The notes under the pieces: generated by a model
What the model saw: the letters and a program-made list of their open reading frames with translations, nothing else
Told to the model about the DNA's origin: nothing
The model's database searches: none
Origin: Gammaproteobacteria bacterium
GTDB lineage: Bacteria; Pseudomonadota; Gammaproteobacteria; Magnimaribacterales; D2472
Assembly: GCA_045564035.1 (NCBI GenBank)
Contig: JBJLIA010000021.1
Coordinates: 6,702 to 70,701 of the forward strand
Direction of reading: 5' to 3'
DNA: 64,000 nucleotides
Position numbers and translations under genes: made by a program
In this document: positions 9,075 to 20,753 of the stretch, in pieces
Position numbering within the stretch: the stretch's first letter is position 1
How the letters are laid out: each line of letters opens with the position of its first letter

Positions 9075-10622
9075 GTGACTGACAAAACTGCTTCTCAACT
9101 AAATTTTTTTTCTACTATGAAAGTTGGTGGTTGGACTTTCATTTCAAGAGTTGCTGGCTTAATAAGAGATATTTTTACAACCAATCTTCTTGGAGCAAGT
9201 ATTTTTCATGATATTTTTGTAGTTGTTCTAAAAATTCCAAATGTTTTTAGAAAGTTTTTTGCTGAAGGCGCATTTAGCCAAGCTTTTATTCCTATATATT
9301 CTGAGTATTTAGGTAGAAAAGATGAGAAGGGCAGCAAGGACTTTTTAAATGCTTTATTTGGTATTTTACTATCCGCATTATTTATTTTTTCTGCCTTAGC
9401 ATTATTGTTTGCACCAATCTTTATTTTAATATTTGCTCCAGGTTTTTATTTTGATACGCAAAAACAAGATTTAGCTGTAAGCCTTTTAAGAATTATGTTC
9501 CCATATCTTGCATTGATTTCTCTTGTGGCGTTTGCAGCAGGTATTCAAAATTCTCATAATAAATTCTCTATTCCAGCTGTAACCCCTCTAATTTTTAATT
9601 TGAGTTTAATTTGTTCAGCATGGCTAGTTGCTCCAAAAATAGAAATACCTGTTATGGCTCTTGCTTGGGGCGTTCTTCTAGCTGGATTTCTTCAATTACT
9701 TTTTCAGATTGCCCCTTTAGCAACTATTAAAAAAATTCCTGTACCAAAAATTGATTTTCAGAATCCAGGCGTTAAAAAATTCTTTATTCTAATTCTTCCA
9801 GCTATTATTGCAGGTGGTATCGCGCAAATAAATCTTCTAGTTGATACGATCTTTGCGTCATTATTGATAACTGGAAGTCCAACCTGGCTTTATGTTTCAG
9901 ATAGATTGATACAATTTCCAATGGGAATCTTTGCCATTGCTATTGGAACAGTTCTCTTGCCCAGCCTATCCAAGGCTTACGCTAAAAAAGAAATAGAAGC
10001 TTTCACTGATCAACTTGCGCATGCATTTAAGTTAATTTTTTTTCTAGCCATTCCTTCATTGATCGGATTAATTTTATTTGCATCTCCATTGTTAGCTACT
10101 ATCTTTCAAAGAGGAGCTTTTTTATGGATTGATGTCCAGCAAGCAAGCTTAAGTTTAATAGGCTTTGCATTTGGATTACCCTTTTTTATGGCCATGAAAG
10201 TTTTAGTCCCAGCATTTTTTTCTAGGCAAAATACTAAAACACCTATGTTGATAGCTCTTTTAAGTTTATTAATTAATATTAGCCTGAACTACCTATTAGC
10301 ATTCTATTTTGAATTAGGCCATCTCGGTTTAGCAATTGCTAGCTCTATTTCTGCCATTGTAAGTGTAATTATTTTAAGCATCATACTTAAAAGAGAGGGG
10401 TTGATTTCGTTTTCTGGAATTCTCAGTGCTTTCTCCCTAAAAGTGTTGACAGCTAGCGTTGCTTTGATAGTTTTTTTATTAATTTTTAATCAACATTTTG
10501 ATTTTGAATTATTTACACAAGCTCAAAGATTGATATATCTGTGCGTTGCCGTTATCGGTTCTATAATGACTTACTTTGGAGTGAGTTTTTTGCTTGGTGT
10601 GAGGGCAACTGATTTTAGATAA
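9075..10622 (+). CDS. murJ: Lipid II flippase MurJ (MviN)
   Basis: 515-aa polytopic protein. The N-terminus (TFISRVAGLIRDIFTTNLLGAS..FRKFFAEGAFSQAFIP) is the MurJ signature. The GTG start immediately follows the msrB stop. Confidence 0.85.
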   Translation: MTDKTASQLNFFSTMKVGGWTFISRVAGLIRDIFTTNLLGASIFHDIFVVVLKIPNVFRKFFAEGAFSQAFIPIYSEYLGRKDEKGSKDFLNALFGILLSALFIFSALALLFAPIFILIFAPGFYFDTQKQDLAVSLLRIMFPYLALISLVAFAAGIQNSHNKFSIPAVTPLIFNLSLICSAWLVAPKIEIPVMALAWGVLLAGFLQLLFQIAPLATIKKIPVPKIDFQNPGVKKFFILILPAIIAGGIAQINLLVDTIFASLLITGSPTWLYVSDRLIQFPMGIFAIAIGTVLLPSLSKAYAKKEIEAFTDQLAHAFKLIFFLAIPSLIGLILFASPLLATIFQRGAFLWIDVQQASLSLIGFAFGLPFFMAMKVLVPAFFSRQNTKTPMLIALLSLLINISLNYLLAFYFELGHLGLAIASSISAIVSVIILSIILKREGLISFSGILSAFSLKVLTASVALIVFLLIFNQHFDFELFTQAQRLIYLCVAVIGSIMTYFGVSFLLGVRATDFR

Positions 10623-11566
10623 TGTATTTAATTAGAGGAATAGGAAATATATCAACTTTTAATAAAAAGTTTCCAAATCAGTCCATGAGCGGAACTATTG
10701 GAAATTTTGATGGATTGCACTTGGGGCATCAAGCAATCCTCAATCAGGTAAAAGATAAGGCTCAAGACAGCTCAAGTGCATCATTAGTTTTTTTTACTGA
10801 GCCGCATGCTTCTGAGTATTTTGCAGCTAAAAATGTAAACTCTACACCGCCTCCAAGAATCTGCCCTTGGAGAGAAAAGGTCAAACTATTAAAAAATTTT
10901 GGAATAGATTTTGCTTTCTTTCTGCAATTCAATAAATCACTTAAAACAATGACCCCACAGAGTTTTCTCGATGAAGTTTTGGCTCGACTAAATCTAAAAC
11001 ATTTAATTATTGGAGATGATTTTAGGTTTGGAGCGCAGCGAGCAGGTGATTTTGACTTGCTAAAAAATTGGGGTAACAGCAATGGAACAGAAGTCATTGC
11101 TAACAAAACGGTTTCTTTTAATGGATCGAGGGTGAGCTCTACGAGAATAAGGGAGGCATTACTGCAAAGTGATTTTCATTTAGCAAAAGATTTGCTTGGA
11201 CGACCCTATACATTTTCAGGAAAAGTAGTTTATGGCCAACAGCTAGGAAGAACACTTGGGGTGCCGACAGCAAATCTTTGGATACCCAAGCAAAGACTTC
11301 CAATCGCTGGGGTTTATGCAGTTAAGTGTCTGCTGGGCGGAAAGCTATTTAATGGTATTTCGAATATGGGAATTAGACCAACTGTTGATGGTTCAAAACC
11401 TGTTCTTGAAATCCATATATTTAATTTTAATGAATCTATATATGGACAAAGATTGACTGTAGAATTTACAAATAAACTTCGTGATGAGAAGAAATTTGAT
11501 AACATTGATTTATTAAAAGAACAAATTCTTCAAGACATATCTCAAGCTAAAAAAATACTGGAATAA
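10622..11566 (+). CDS. ribF: Bifunctional riboflavin kinase / FAD synthetase
   Basis: 314 aa with GNFDGLHLGHQAIL (nucleotidyltransferase) and the kinase part GVPTANL..GVYAV..PVLEIHIFNF. It sits upstream of ileS as in E. coli. Confidence 0.9.
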   Translation: MYLIRGIGNISTFNKKFPNQSMSGTIGNFDGLHLGHQAILNQVKDKAQDSSSASLVFFTEPHASEYFAAKNVNSTPPPRICPWREKVKLLKNFGIDFAFFLQFNKSLKTMTPQSFLDEVLARLNLKHLIIGDDFRFGAQRAGDFDLLKNWGNSNGTEVIANKTVSFNGSRVSSTRIREALLQSDFHLAKDLLGRPYTFSGKVVYGQQLGRTLGVPTANLWIPKQRLPIAGVYAVKCLLGGKLFNGISNMGIRPTVDGSKPVLEIHIFNFNESIYGQRLTVEFTNKLRDEKKFDNIDLLKEQILQDISQAKKILE

Positions 11567-11572
11567 TTCTCT

Positions 11573-14344
11573 ATGAGTAAAGAATATCGGGATACTTTAA
11601 ATCTCCCTCAAACTGATCTATCTATGAAGGCTGGCTTGCCAAGAAAAGAGCCAGAGATTCTTGAATTCTGGAACTCCATTAATCTCTATCAAAAAATAAG
11701 AGAGCAGAATAATGGTAAAGAGCAGTTCATTCTTCATGATGGACCTCCATATGCAAATGGAGATATTCATTTGGGTCACGCTGTTAATAAAACCCTTAAA
11801 GATATAACCATTAAATTTCAAAGCTTGATGGGAAAAGATGCTCCATATGTTCCAGGATGGGATTGTCATGGCTTGCCTATTGAATTAAATGTTGAAAAGA
11901 AGCATGGAAAAGGTAGCGATCTTGTAAGAGATAAAAAATCATTTATTAATGCTTGTCGAGAATATGCACAATCTCAGGTTGATAAGCAAAGAGACGATTT
12001 TATTCGCTTGGGGGTTCTAGGTGATTGGGAAAATCCATATCTATCATTAAACAAAAGTTTTGAGGCTGACACTGTTCGGGCATTAGGAAGGATTATTGCT
12101 AATGGACATCTAGAAAAAGGTGAGAAACCTGTTCATTTTTGCATGGATTGCAGGTCTGCATTGGCAGAAGCTGAGGTAGAGTACATGGATAAAAGCTCTC
12201 ATTCAATTGATGTCAAATTCAAAGTTTTACCGCAATTTATTGATTCGCTTTGTTCATCATTTAACACTGAAAGGCTTGAACAGATTTATTTTGTTATATG
12301 GACAACAACTCCATGGACGATTCCATCAAATGTAGCTGTCTGTATCAATGGGGACATTGAATATGTTTTGGTAAAAGGCGCAAATGAACATTTTGTTATT
12401 GCTAAAGATTTATTAGACGCATGCTCAAATAGATGGGGTTTCGATCTAGAAAGCCTTGGATGTGCTCAAGGAAAAGATATTGCAAATATCTCTATGGCTC
12501 ACCCCTTGTATGATAGAGAGTCAATTCTTCTTCACGGAGATCATGTTAATACAGACAGTGGAACTGGTTGCGTTCATACCGCACCAGCTCACGGACTGGA
12601 TGATTACTTTATATGCATTAAGAATGGTCTTGAATCTGTAAAGGCTTTAGATAATCGTGGTCTTTTTAAAGAAAACTATGGCACCCTAAGCGGGCTAAGC
12701 ACTAAAAAAGGCGATCCTGTAGTTATTGATATGTTGCAGGAGAATGAGGCGCTGCTTGCGCATAAACAATATGATCATTCTTATCCCCATTGCTGGAGGC
12801 ACAAAACACCAGTCATTTTCATGTCAACACCACAATGGTTTATTTCTATGAAGAAATCTGGTCTTAGTGACGGAGCAATTAATGCTATTAAGGATGTCAA
12901 TTGGGAGCCAAGTTGGGGAGAAGAAAGAATTCTCTCTATGCTTGAAGATCGTCCAGATTGGTGTATTTCAAGGCAAAGGAATTGGGGTGTGCCAATTACT
13001 TTAATTATTCATAATCAAACTGGTGAGATTCACCCAAAGCAGAACCTATTGTTTAATCAAATTGCAGATGTGATAGAAGCAGAAGGCATTGAGGGATGGG
13101 ATAATTTGAAGTTAGAATCATTGATTGATGATGCCGATTCATATTCCAAGGTCCATGATACCTTGGACGTTTGGTTTGATTCAGGCGTAACACACATGTG
13201 TGTTTTAGATAAGTTATATGGTGCTGATGTAGTTGCTGACTTATATTTAGAGGGCTCAGATCAACACAGGGGTTGGTTTCAATCATCTTTATTAACCGGC
13301 ATTGCTACTAACGGCATGGCTCCTTATCGGTCGGTTTTGACTCACGGGTTTGTAGTTGATGGTGAGGGCAGAAAACAATCTAAATCGCTTGGTAATACCA
13401 TTGCACCGCAAAAAATTTGGGATACATTGGGAGCAGATATTTTAAGGTTGTGGATTGCCTCTACTGATTTTAGAGGTGAAATGGTTGCCTCAGATGAAAT
13501 ATTTAAGAGAGTTTCAGATCAATACAGAAGAATTAGAAACACCTTTAGATTCTTGCTGGGCAATATAAATGACTTTGATCATAAGAAAGATTCAATTGAG
13601 CTCAGTAACTTACTTGAACTTGATAAATGGATCTTACATGAACTTGCTCAATTACAAGAAGATGTTGTTGGGCTCTATCAATCATATTCCTACCATCAGG
13701 CTATCCAGAGAATACATAATTTTTGCGTAAATCAGCTAGGCGGTATTTATTTAGATATTATCAAAGATAGACAATACACGAGTCAACAAGATTCTGAAAT
13801 AAGAAGATCAGCTCAAACTGCAATGCAAATTATTGTGAATCAGTTAGTTGTATTAATCTCACCTGTACTATCTTTTACAGCTGAAGAAATATGGCAAGGA
13901 AATGATTTTCTTTTGAAAGATTCAGACTCAGTATTTTTAATTACTTTAAAAAATCTAGAATATTTTGAAAGTGACTTATCAAAAGAAAATTGGAAAAGGT
14001 TGCTTGAGATTAAGGAAGAAGTTAATCAAAGCATTGAGGAAGCAAGAACTGCTGGAGTCATCAAAGGTTCATTAGATGCATCAATTGAGTTGATGTTAAA
14101 TGTCAATGATTTCAAGTTAGTTGAAAAGTTTGCCTCTGAAATACATTTCTTTTTTATAGTATCAAAATGTAATATTTTTGAAGGAGAAGCTTTAAAAGTT
14201 TCTGTTGTTAAGTCATCTTCGGAAAAGTGTGTCAGATGCTGGCATAGGCATGAATCTGTTGGTTCTAGCTCCACGCATCCAGAGCTGTGCAATCGATGTG
14301 AGCAGAACTTAGATGGTCCCGGAGAGGATAGAAAGTTTGCTTAG
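11573..14344 (+). CDS. ileS: Isoleucine--tRNA ligase
   Basis: 923 aa with HLGH (PYANGDIHLGHA), KMSKS-type KQSKSLGN, and a C-terminal Zn-binding CxxC..CxxC (CVRCWH..CNRCEQ). Confidence 0.95.
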   Translation: MSKEYRDTLNLPQTDLSMKAGLPRKEPEILEFWNSINLYQKIREQNNGKEQFILHDGPPYANGDIHLGHAVNKTLKDITIKFQSLMGKDAPYVPGWDCHGLPIELNVEKKHGKGSDLVRDKKSFINACREYAQSQVDKQRDDFIRLGVLGDWENPYLSLNKSFEADTVRALGRIIANGHLEKGEKPVHFCMDCRSALAEAEVEYMDKSSHSIDVKFKVLPQFIDSLCSSFNTERLEQIYFVIWTTTPWTIPSNVAVCINGDIEYVLVKGANEHFVIAKDLLDACSNRWGFDLESLGCAQGKDIANISMAHPLYDRESILLHGDHVNTDSGTGCVHTAPAHGLDDYFICIKNGLESVKALDNRGLFKENYGTLSGLSTKKGDPVVIDMLQENEALLAHKQYDHSYPHCWRHKTPVIFMSTPQWFISMKKSGLSDGAINAIKDVNWEPSWGEERILSMLEDRPDWCISRQRNWGVPITLIIHNQTGEIHPKQNLLFNQIADVIEAEGIEGWDNLKLESLIDDADSYSKVHDTLDVWFDSGVTHMCVLDKLYGADVVADLYLEGSDQHRGWFQSSLLTGIATNGMAPYRSVLTHGFVVDGEGRKQSKSLGNTIAPQKIWDTLGADILRLWIASTDFRGEMVASDEIFKRVSDQYRRIRNTFRFLLGNINDFDHKKDSIELSNLLELDKWILHELAQLQEDVVGLYQSYSYHQAIQRIHNFCVNQLGGIYLDIIKDRQYTSQQDSEIRRSAQTAMQIIVNQLVVLISPVLSFTAEEIWQGNDFLLKDSDSVFLITLKNLEYFESDLSKENWKRLLEIKEEVNQSIEEARTAGVIKGSLDASIELMLNVNDFKLVEKFASEIHFFFIVSKCNIFEGEALKVSVVKSSSEKCVRCWHRHESVGSSSTHPELCNRCEQNLDGPGEDRKFA

Positions 14345-14813
14345 TATTAAAAAAGGTTACCTCGTTATAATTTTTTTAATTGCTATAGACTTAGTAGCAA
14401 AATTCATTGCTGAAGAATACTTAAGCTTTGGCCAAGCGGTTCCATTGATTCCAATTTTAGATTTATTGCTAGTTTTCAATTCAGGCATTGCTTTTAGTAT
14501 TCTAGATTTTAATAACTCATTCTTGAGTTTTGGTTTATCCATAATCGGAATTTTAATCGTGATCTATCTTCACTCGCTATATAAAAATGAAGAGTCTTTA
14601 ATTAATCGTTTTTCATTAATCTTAATTATTTCTGGAGCACTTGGAAATATTTTTGATAGATTGCCAGATGGAGTTGTTACTGATTTTCTTTTTTTTCACC
14701 TTGGCAAGACTCCATTTTTTATTTTTAATTTTGCAGACGCTTATATTTCAATTGGAGCTGCATTATTTTTTTTGACGGAGTTTAAAAAATTTCTTCATAA
14801 TAGATCAGGATGA
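14313..14813 (+). CDS. lspA: Lipoprotein signal peptidase (signal peptidase II)
   Basis: 166 aa with NSGIAFS, GALGNIFDR, VTDFL and FNFAD motifs. The start is uncertain: ATG 14313 overlaps ileS by 32 nt, TTG 14337 by 8 nt. Confidence 0.85.
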   Translation: MVPERIESLLSIKKGYLVIIFLIAIDLVAKFIAEEYLSFGQAVPLIPILDLLLVFNSGIAFSILDFNNSFLSFGLSIIGILIVIYLHSLYKNEESLINRFSLILIISGALGNIFDRLPDGVVTDFLFFHLGKTPFFIFNFADAYISIGAALFFLTEFKKFLHNRSG

Positions 14814-15751
14814 AGACAAGAGTTTTATTAGCAAATCCGAGAGGATTTTGTGCAGGTGTAGATCGAGCAATTGACATTGTTAATCAAGCTTTGAAAAAAT
14901 TTGGACCTCCTATCTATGTTCGTCATGAAGTTGTTCATAATAAAACTGTAGTCCAGGAATTAAAGTCAAAAGGGGTTATTTTTGTTGATGAGCTTAGCGA
15001 AGTTCCTCAATCTTCGCATGTGATCTTTAGTGCACACGGCGTGTCTGAAAAGGTTGAAAAAGAAGCTGCAGCATTTAATTTACTTTCCTTTGATGCGACA
15101 TGCCCACTTGTAACGAAAGTGCATAGTGAGGTCCAGCGCCATGTCAGAGCCGGAAGAGACATTATCTTAATTGGTCATGAGGGACATCCTGAGGTAGAGG
15201 GCACATTAGGAAGACACAATCCCGAGGATTCAAATAGCAATATTTATCTTGTTCAAGATGAGGAAGAGGCTAGATCACTTTATGTTTCTCAGCCTGAAAA
15301 CCTCGCATATGTTACTCAAACAACTCTCAGTCTTGATGATACTATTTGTATAGTAGAAATTTTATATGAGCAATTTCCTAAAATCCTCAAACCAAAGAGT
15401 GATGATATTTGTTATGCCACGCAAAATAGACAAGATGCTGTTAAACAACTTGCGCTAGAAAGTGAATTTATAATTGTTATAGGATCAAGCAATAGCTCTA
15501 ACTCGAATCGCCTAAAAGAATTAGCTGAAAAATGTGGTGCTAGCTCTATCCTGGTTGATGGAGCGGAGGAGCTTGATTTAGAAATCTTATCAAAATACAA
15601 AAGTATCGGCATAACAGCTGGGGCATCGGCTCCAGAGTCAATTGTCCAGAATGTAGTAAAAGTAATTAGTCAAAAATTAAATACTGTTGCTGAAGAATTA
15701 GGTGAAAATAAAGAAAATATTTATTTTAGACTGCCTCCTGAATTACGTTGA
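14810..15751 (+). CDS. ispH: 4-hydroxy-3-methylbut-2-enyl diphosphate reductase
   Basis: 313 aa with N-terminus LANPRGFCAGVDRAI, HEVVHN, ATCPLVTKVH and SSNSNRL. It keeps the conserved position after lspA. Confidence 0.9.
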   Translation: MKTRVLLANPRGFCAGVDRAIDIVNQALKKFGPPIYVRHEVVHNKTVVQELKSKGVIFVDELSEVPQSSHVIFSAHGVSEKVEKEAAAFNLLSFDATCPLVTKVHSEVQRHVRAGRDIILIGHEGHPEVEGTLGRHNPEDSNSNIYLVQDEEEARSLYVSQPENLAYVTQTTLSLDDTICIVEILYEQFPKILKPKSDDICYATQNRQDAVKQLALESEFIIVIGSSNSSNSNRLKELAEKCGASSILVDGAEELDLEILSKYKSIGITAGASAPESIVQNVVKVISQKLNTVAEELGENKENIYFRLPPELR

Positions 15752-15822
15752 TCATAAGCATAATAAAAATTTTATGTCTTAAATATCATCCATTACACTG
15801 TCACTATGTCTAGAGGAAAAAA

Positions 15823-16359
15823 ATGATCTCTCAAGATGGCATTATTGATGTTGCAGAATTTTGTCGATCACCTAATTTTGATGAGAGGCCACATAATGCT
15901 GGAATTGATTTAATTGTGATCCATGCTATCAGCCTCCCACCAGGACATTACAAGACTCAGCTAATTAAAGATTTATTTTTAAACTGCTTAGATCCTGGTC
16001 AAAATGAGTTTTTAAAATCTATAAAGGATCTTAAGGTCTCTTCTCATTTTTTAATTGCTCGTAATGGAGCATTAATTCAATTTGTTCCCACTGATAAGAG
16101 AGCTTGGCATGCTGGCATTTCTAATTATAAAGGTCGAGAGGATTGCAATGATTTCTCAATTGGCATTGAGCTGGAGGGCTGTGATGAAATGGATTTTGAG
16201 CAGCAACAATATCACTCTTTATCAAGCCTAATTAATTTTTTATCAATTGATTTAAATATTAATAAACAAAATATTGTTGGTCATGCAGACATAGCTCCAG
16301 GCAGAAAGACAGATCCAGGGCCAACTTTCAATTGGAGTTTATTACAATCAATGCTATGA
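15823..16359 (+). CDS. ampD: 1,6-anhydro-N-acetylmuramyl-L-alanine amidase
   Basis: 178 aa with NFDERP, IVIHAISLPPG, HFLIARNG..AWHAG, SIGIELEG and GHADIAPGRKTDPGP (amidase_2 fold). Confidence 0.85.
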   Translation: MISQDGIIDVAEFCRSPNFDERPHNAGIDLIVIHAISLPPGHYKTQLIKDLFLNCLDPGQNEFLKSIKDLKVSSHFLIARNGALIQFVPTDKRAWHAGISNYKGREDCNDFSIGIELEGCDEMDFEQQQYHSLSSLINFLSIDLNINKQNIVGHADIAPGRKTDPGPTFNWSLLQSML

Positions 16360-17600
16360 GAAGAAAGTTATTGGGTATTTTATTGCTTGGTTTTGCTTCC
16401 GGCTTACCTTACATGCTAGTTTTTTCAACTCTTACAGCTTGGTTAAGAGATGTAGGAATTTCTCTAACAGAAATTGGTTTTTTTGCCTGGCTAGTTCTTA
16501 CATACTCTTTAAAATTTTTATGGGCACCATTTGTTGATAGGTATTCAATCCCAGGATTTAAAGTTTTTGGAAAAAGAAGGGGCTGGATTCTTTTTGCTCA
16601 ATCAGTAATATTTTTATCATTAATTGGAATGAGTTTAATAGACCCACTTGAAAATATTCAATTTTTAGCATTGTTTGCATTTTGTGCAGCCTTCTTTGGT
16701 TCAATTCAAGATGTGGCTGTTGATGCTTTAAGAATTGAAATTGGTGAAGCAAAGGAGCAAGGTGATTTAGCTGCCGGTTATCAGTTCGGATATAGAGTTG
16801 CAATTCTTGTTGCCACATCTATGGCATTAATTTTTGCTGATCTATACAGTTGGGCTTATGTTTATCAATTAATGGGATTCTTAATGTTGATAGGGTCAGT
16901 TGGAGCCTTGATATGTCACGAACCAAATAATAATGAAATTGCTATTTTAAGATTTGATGAGGCTCTTTTTGGTGCTTTCAAAGACTTTTTTAATCGCTTT
17001 GGTTTATGGTCCGCCGCGTTGCTATTATTAATAATTTCTACCTATCGGCTCACTGATATTGTAATGGGGCCTATGGCAATGCCTTTTTATTTAGATTTAG
17101 GCTTTTCAAAAACTGAAATAGGAGCTCTTGTAAAAACTATAGCTCTTTTTGGATCGGTAATTGGATTTTTCATTGGTGGTTTTTTGATAAAAAGAATTTC
17201 TTTGTTTAATGCTCTATTGCTTGGTGGTTTATGTGTCTTATTTACAAATTTATTTTTTGCCTATGTTGCAAGCGTTCAAGCCAATATTTCCCTTTTATCT
17301 ATAATTGTTGGCTTAGATAGTTTTGCAGCAGGCTTGGTAGGAACTATAAATATTGCTTTTTTAACTAGCTTGGTTTCAAAAAAATTCACTGCAGTGCAAT
17401 ATGCAATGTTGACTTCATTTATGATGCTTCCAGGAAAATTTCTTAGTGGCTTCTCTGGAATTTTGGCAGATTATTATGTTTCAACTTCATCATTAGAACT
17501 TGGTTGGACTTACTTTTTTTATACTACTTCGGCTATGTCTATTCCTGCATTATTATTAATTGTGATTTATAAAAAAAATTATGCAGCTAATTCAGCATAG
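16356..17600 (+). CDS. ampG: Muropeptide permease AmpG (MFS)
   Basis: MFS protein with GFASGLPYMLVFSTLTAWLRDVGISL and WAPFVDRY. I prefer ATG 16356 (MRRKLLG..), which forms an ATGA overlap with the ampD stop, over the track start 16332. Confidence 0.8.
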   Translation: MRRKLLGILLLGFASGLPYMLVFSTLTAWLRDVGISLTEIGFFAWLVLTYSLKFLWAPFVDRYSIPGFKVFGKRRGWILFAQSVIFLSLIGMSLIDPLENIQFLALFAFCAAFFGSIQDVAVDALRIEIGEAKEQGDLAAGYQFGYRVAILVATSMALIFADLYSWAYVYQLMGFLMLIGSVGALICHEPNNNEIAILRFDEALFGAFKDFFNRFGLWSAALLLLIISTYRLTDIVMGPMAMPFYLDLGFSKTEIGALVKTIALFGSVIGFFIGGFLIKRISLFNALLLGGLCVLFTNLFFAYVASVQANISLLSIIVGLDSFAAGLVGTINIAFLTSLVSKKFTAVQYAMLTSFMMLPGKFLSGFSGILADYYVSTSSLELGWTYFFYTTSAMSIPALLLIVIYKKNYAANSA

Positions 17601-17931
17601 CTCTAGGGTTATTTTAGGAATTTCTATTGTATTAATTTCAATCCTTTCTATTCAAGAGATTGAGATCCAATCCTCGGTTAATTTTAGTGATAAATTTCTT
17701 CATTTTTCTTGTTTTTTATATCTGACTATTATTAGCTGGTTAAGTAGAATTATTTACAAGGAATTATGGCTTTATGTTATAGTCCTCGCCTACGGAATTT
17801 TGATTGAGATAGTGCAGATATATATACCTTATCGATCTTTTGAATTTTTGGATATTTTTGCTGATTTCCTTGGAATATTAGCAGGAAGTCTATTCATAAA
17901 TTTCTTTAAAGATTTATATCTTAAGTATTGA
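17581..17931 (+). CDS. VanZ-like small membrane protein
   Basis: 116 aa with 4 predicted TM segments and DKFLHF..; the C-terminal DIFADFLGILAG resembles the VanZ family. It overlaps the ampG end by 20 nt, so the start is uncertain. Confidence 0.45.
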   Translation: MQLIQHSSRVILGISIVLISILSIQEIEIQSSVNFSDKFLHFSCFLYLTIISWLSRIIYKELWLYVIVLAYGILIEIVQIYIPYRSFEFLDIFADFLGILAGSLFINFFKDLYLKY

Positions 17932-17954
17932 ATTAATATTTTTAAGCCATACAT
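17928..17954 (+). promoter_or_regulatory. Possible sigma-32 type heat-shock promoter for groES-groEL
   Basis: TTGAA (17928..17932), a 14-nt spacer, then CCATACAT (17947..17954) resembles CTTGAA-N13/14-CCCCATNT. It lies about 60 nt upstream of groES. The match is weak in an AT-rich background. Confidence 0.25.
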
Positions 17955-18010
17955 AATTCTTAGCCTTTAGTTATAGGGGCTTTGGTTATTAACAAAGCAG
18001 GAGATTTGCA

Positions 18011-18298
18011 ATGAAATTGAAACCTTTACACGATAAAGTTTTAGTTAAAAGAACAGACGAAGAACAAACCACTCCCGGTGGAATCGTTTTGCCTGGTTCA
18101 GCCACAGAAAAGCCTTCTCAGGGTGAAGTTGTTGCTGTAGGACCTGGAAAGAGACAGGACAATGGAGAAGTAGCTTCAATGGGCGTTAAAGTTGGTGATC
18201 TAGTTATATTTGGTCAGTACGGCGGCAACGAAGTAAAAATAGATGGTGATGAATATCTTATGCTCAGCGAGAGTGATATTTACGGTATTTTCAGTTAA
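18011..18298 (+). CDS. groES: Co-chaperonin GroES
   Basis: 95 aa starting [25 protein letters not shown], a canonical Cpn10. AGGAG lies upstream. Confidence 0.97.
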   Translation: MKLKPLHDKVLVKRTDEEQTTPGGIVLPGSATEKPSQGEVVAVGPGKRQDNGEVASMGVKVGDLVIFGQYGGNEVKIDGDEYLMLSESDIYGIFS

Positions 18299-18318
18299 AC
18301 AATTTAATCAATTATTAG

Positions 18319-19983
<1,665 letters not shown>

Positions 19984-20000
19984 GTCATTCTTATGATTTA

Positions 20001-20032
20001 AAAAAAACGGGGTTTATTCCCCGTTTTTTTTT
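20001..20032 (+). terminator. Rho-independent terminator after groEL (symmetric A-tract / T-tract)
   Basis: aaaaaaacgggg (20001..20012), loop tttatt, then ccccgttttttt (20019..20030) and further T residues. The arms are perfectly complementary. Confidence 0.85.
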
Positions 20033-20081
20033 GCAAGATATATAATTATTTAATCACAACTTTAATTTTAGGAGTTTGAAT

Positions 20082-20711
20082 ATGGAAGCGTATCTTGGAA
20101 CAGTGCTAATCAGATTTGCTCACATTCTTTTCGGAGTGCTTTGGATAGGCCTGCTTTATTATTTTAATTTTGTCCAAACAGAGTACTTTAAAGAATCAGA
20201 AGCTTCAGCTAAGTCTGATGTTGTTCAAAAATTAGTCCCAAATGCCTTATGGTATTTTAGATGGGCTGCGGCATTTACATTTTTAACTGGTCTATATCTT
20301 TTGTATTGGCTGAGCATCACTGTGAATATTGGTATTGTGCTTGGCGCACTCATGGGAACTTTAATGGCTGCTAATGTTTGGTTTGTGATTTGGCCCAACC
20401 AAAAGAAGGTTATTGCAGGTGCTCCTGATGCAGCAGATGCTGGTGCCAAAGCTGGACTAGCATCCAGAACTAACACTCTTTTTTCATTGCCTATGCTTTA
20501 TTTGATGGTTTTTTCTGCTCATGGCGGAAGTTTGCCAATGATTGCTGCTACAGATATGACGGGTCTATGGGTAGGAATAGCAATTATTGTGCTGATTGAG
20601 GCTAATGCATTATTTGGAAAAATGAATCCACTCATTACGTCCGTCAAGGCAGTAATTCATTCCGGACTGCTACTTACACTTGTATTTGGTATCTTGGTTC
20701 ATTATTTATAA
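20082..20711 (+). CDS. Conserved polytopic inner-membrane protein (possibly COG3748 / urate hydroxylase PuuD N-terminal-like)
   Basis: About 209 aa and 5-6 TM. HILFGVLWIGLLYYFNFVQ resembles a family I recall only loosely. I prefer ATG 20082, 8 nt after AGGAG (20070..20074), over TTG 20076. Hairpin terminators flank it on both sides. Confidence 0.4.
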   Translation: MEAYLGTVLIRFAHILFGVLWIGLLYYFNFVQTEYFKESEASAKSDVVQKLVPNALWYFRWAAAFTFLTGLYLLYWLSITVNIGIVLGALMGTLMAANVWFVIWPNQKKVIAGAPDAADAGAKAGLASRTNTLFSLPMLYLMVFSAHGGSLPMIAATDMTGLWVGIAIIVLIEANALFGKMNPLITSVKAVIHSGLLLTLVFGILVHYL

Positions 20712-20726
20712 TTTTTTTATAAACAT

Positions 20727-20753
20727 AAGGGGAGTTTAACTCCCCTTTTTTTT
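20727..20753. terminator. Hairpin terminator between convergent genes
   Basis: aaggggag (20727..20734), loop tttaa, ctcccctt (20740..20747), then a T run to 20753. The stop codon of the minus-strand gene (20736..20738) lies in the loop. Confidence 0.75.
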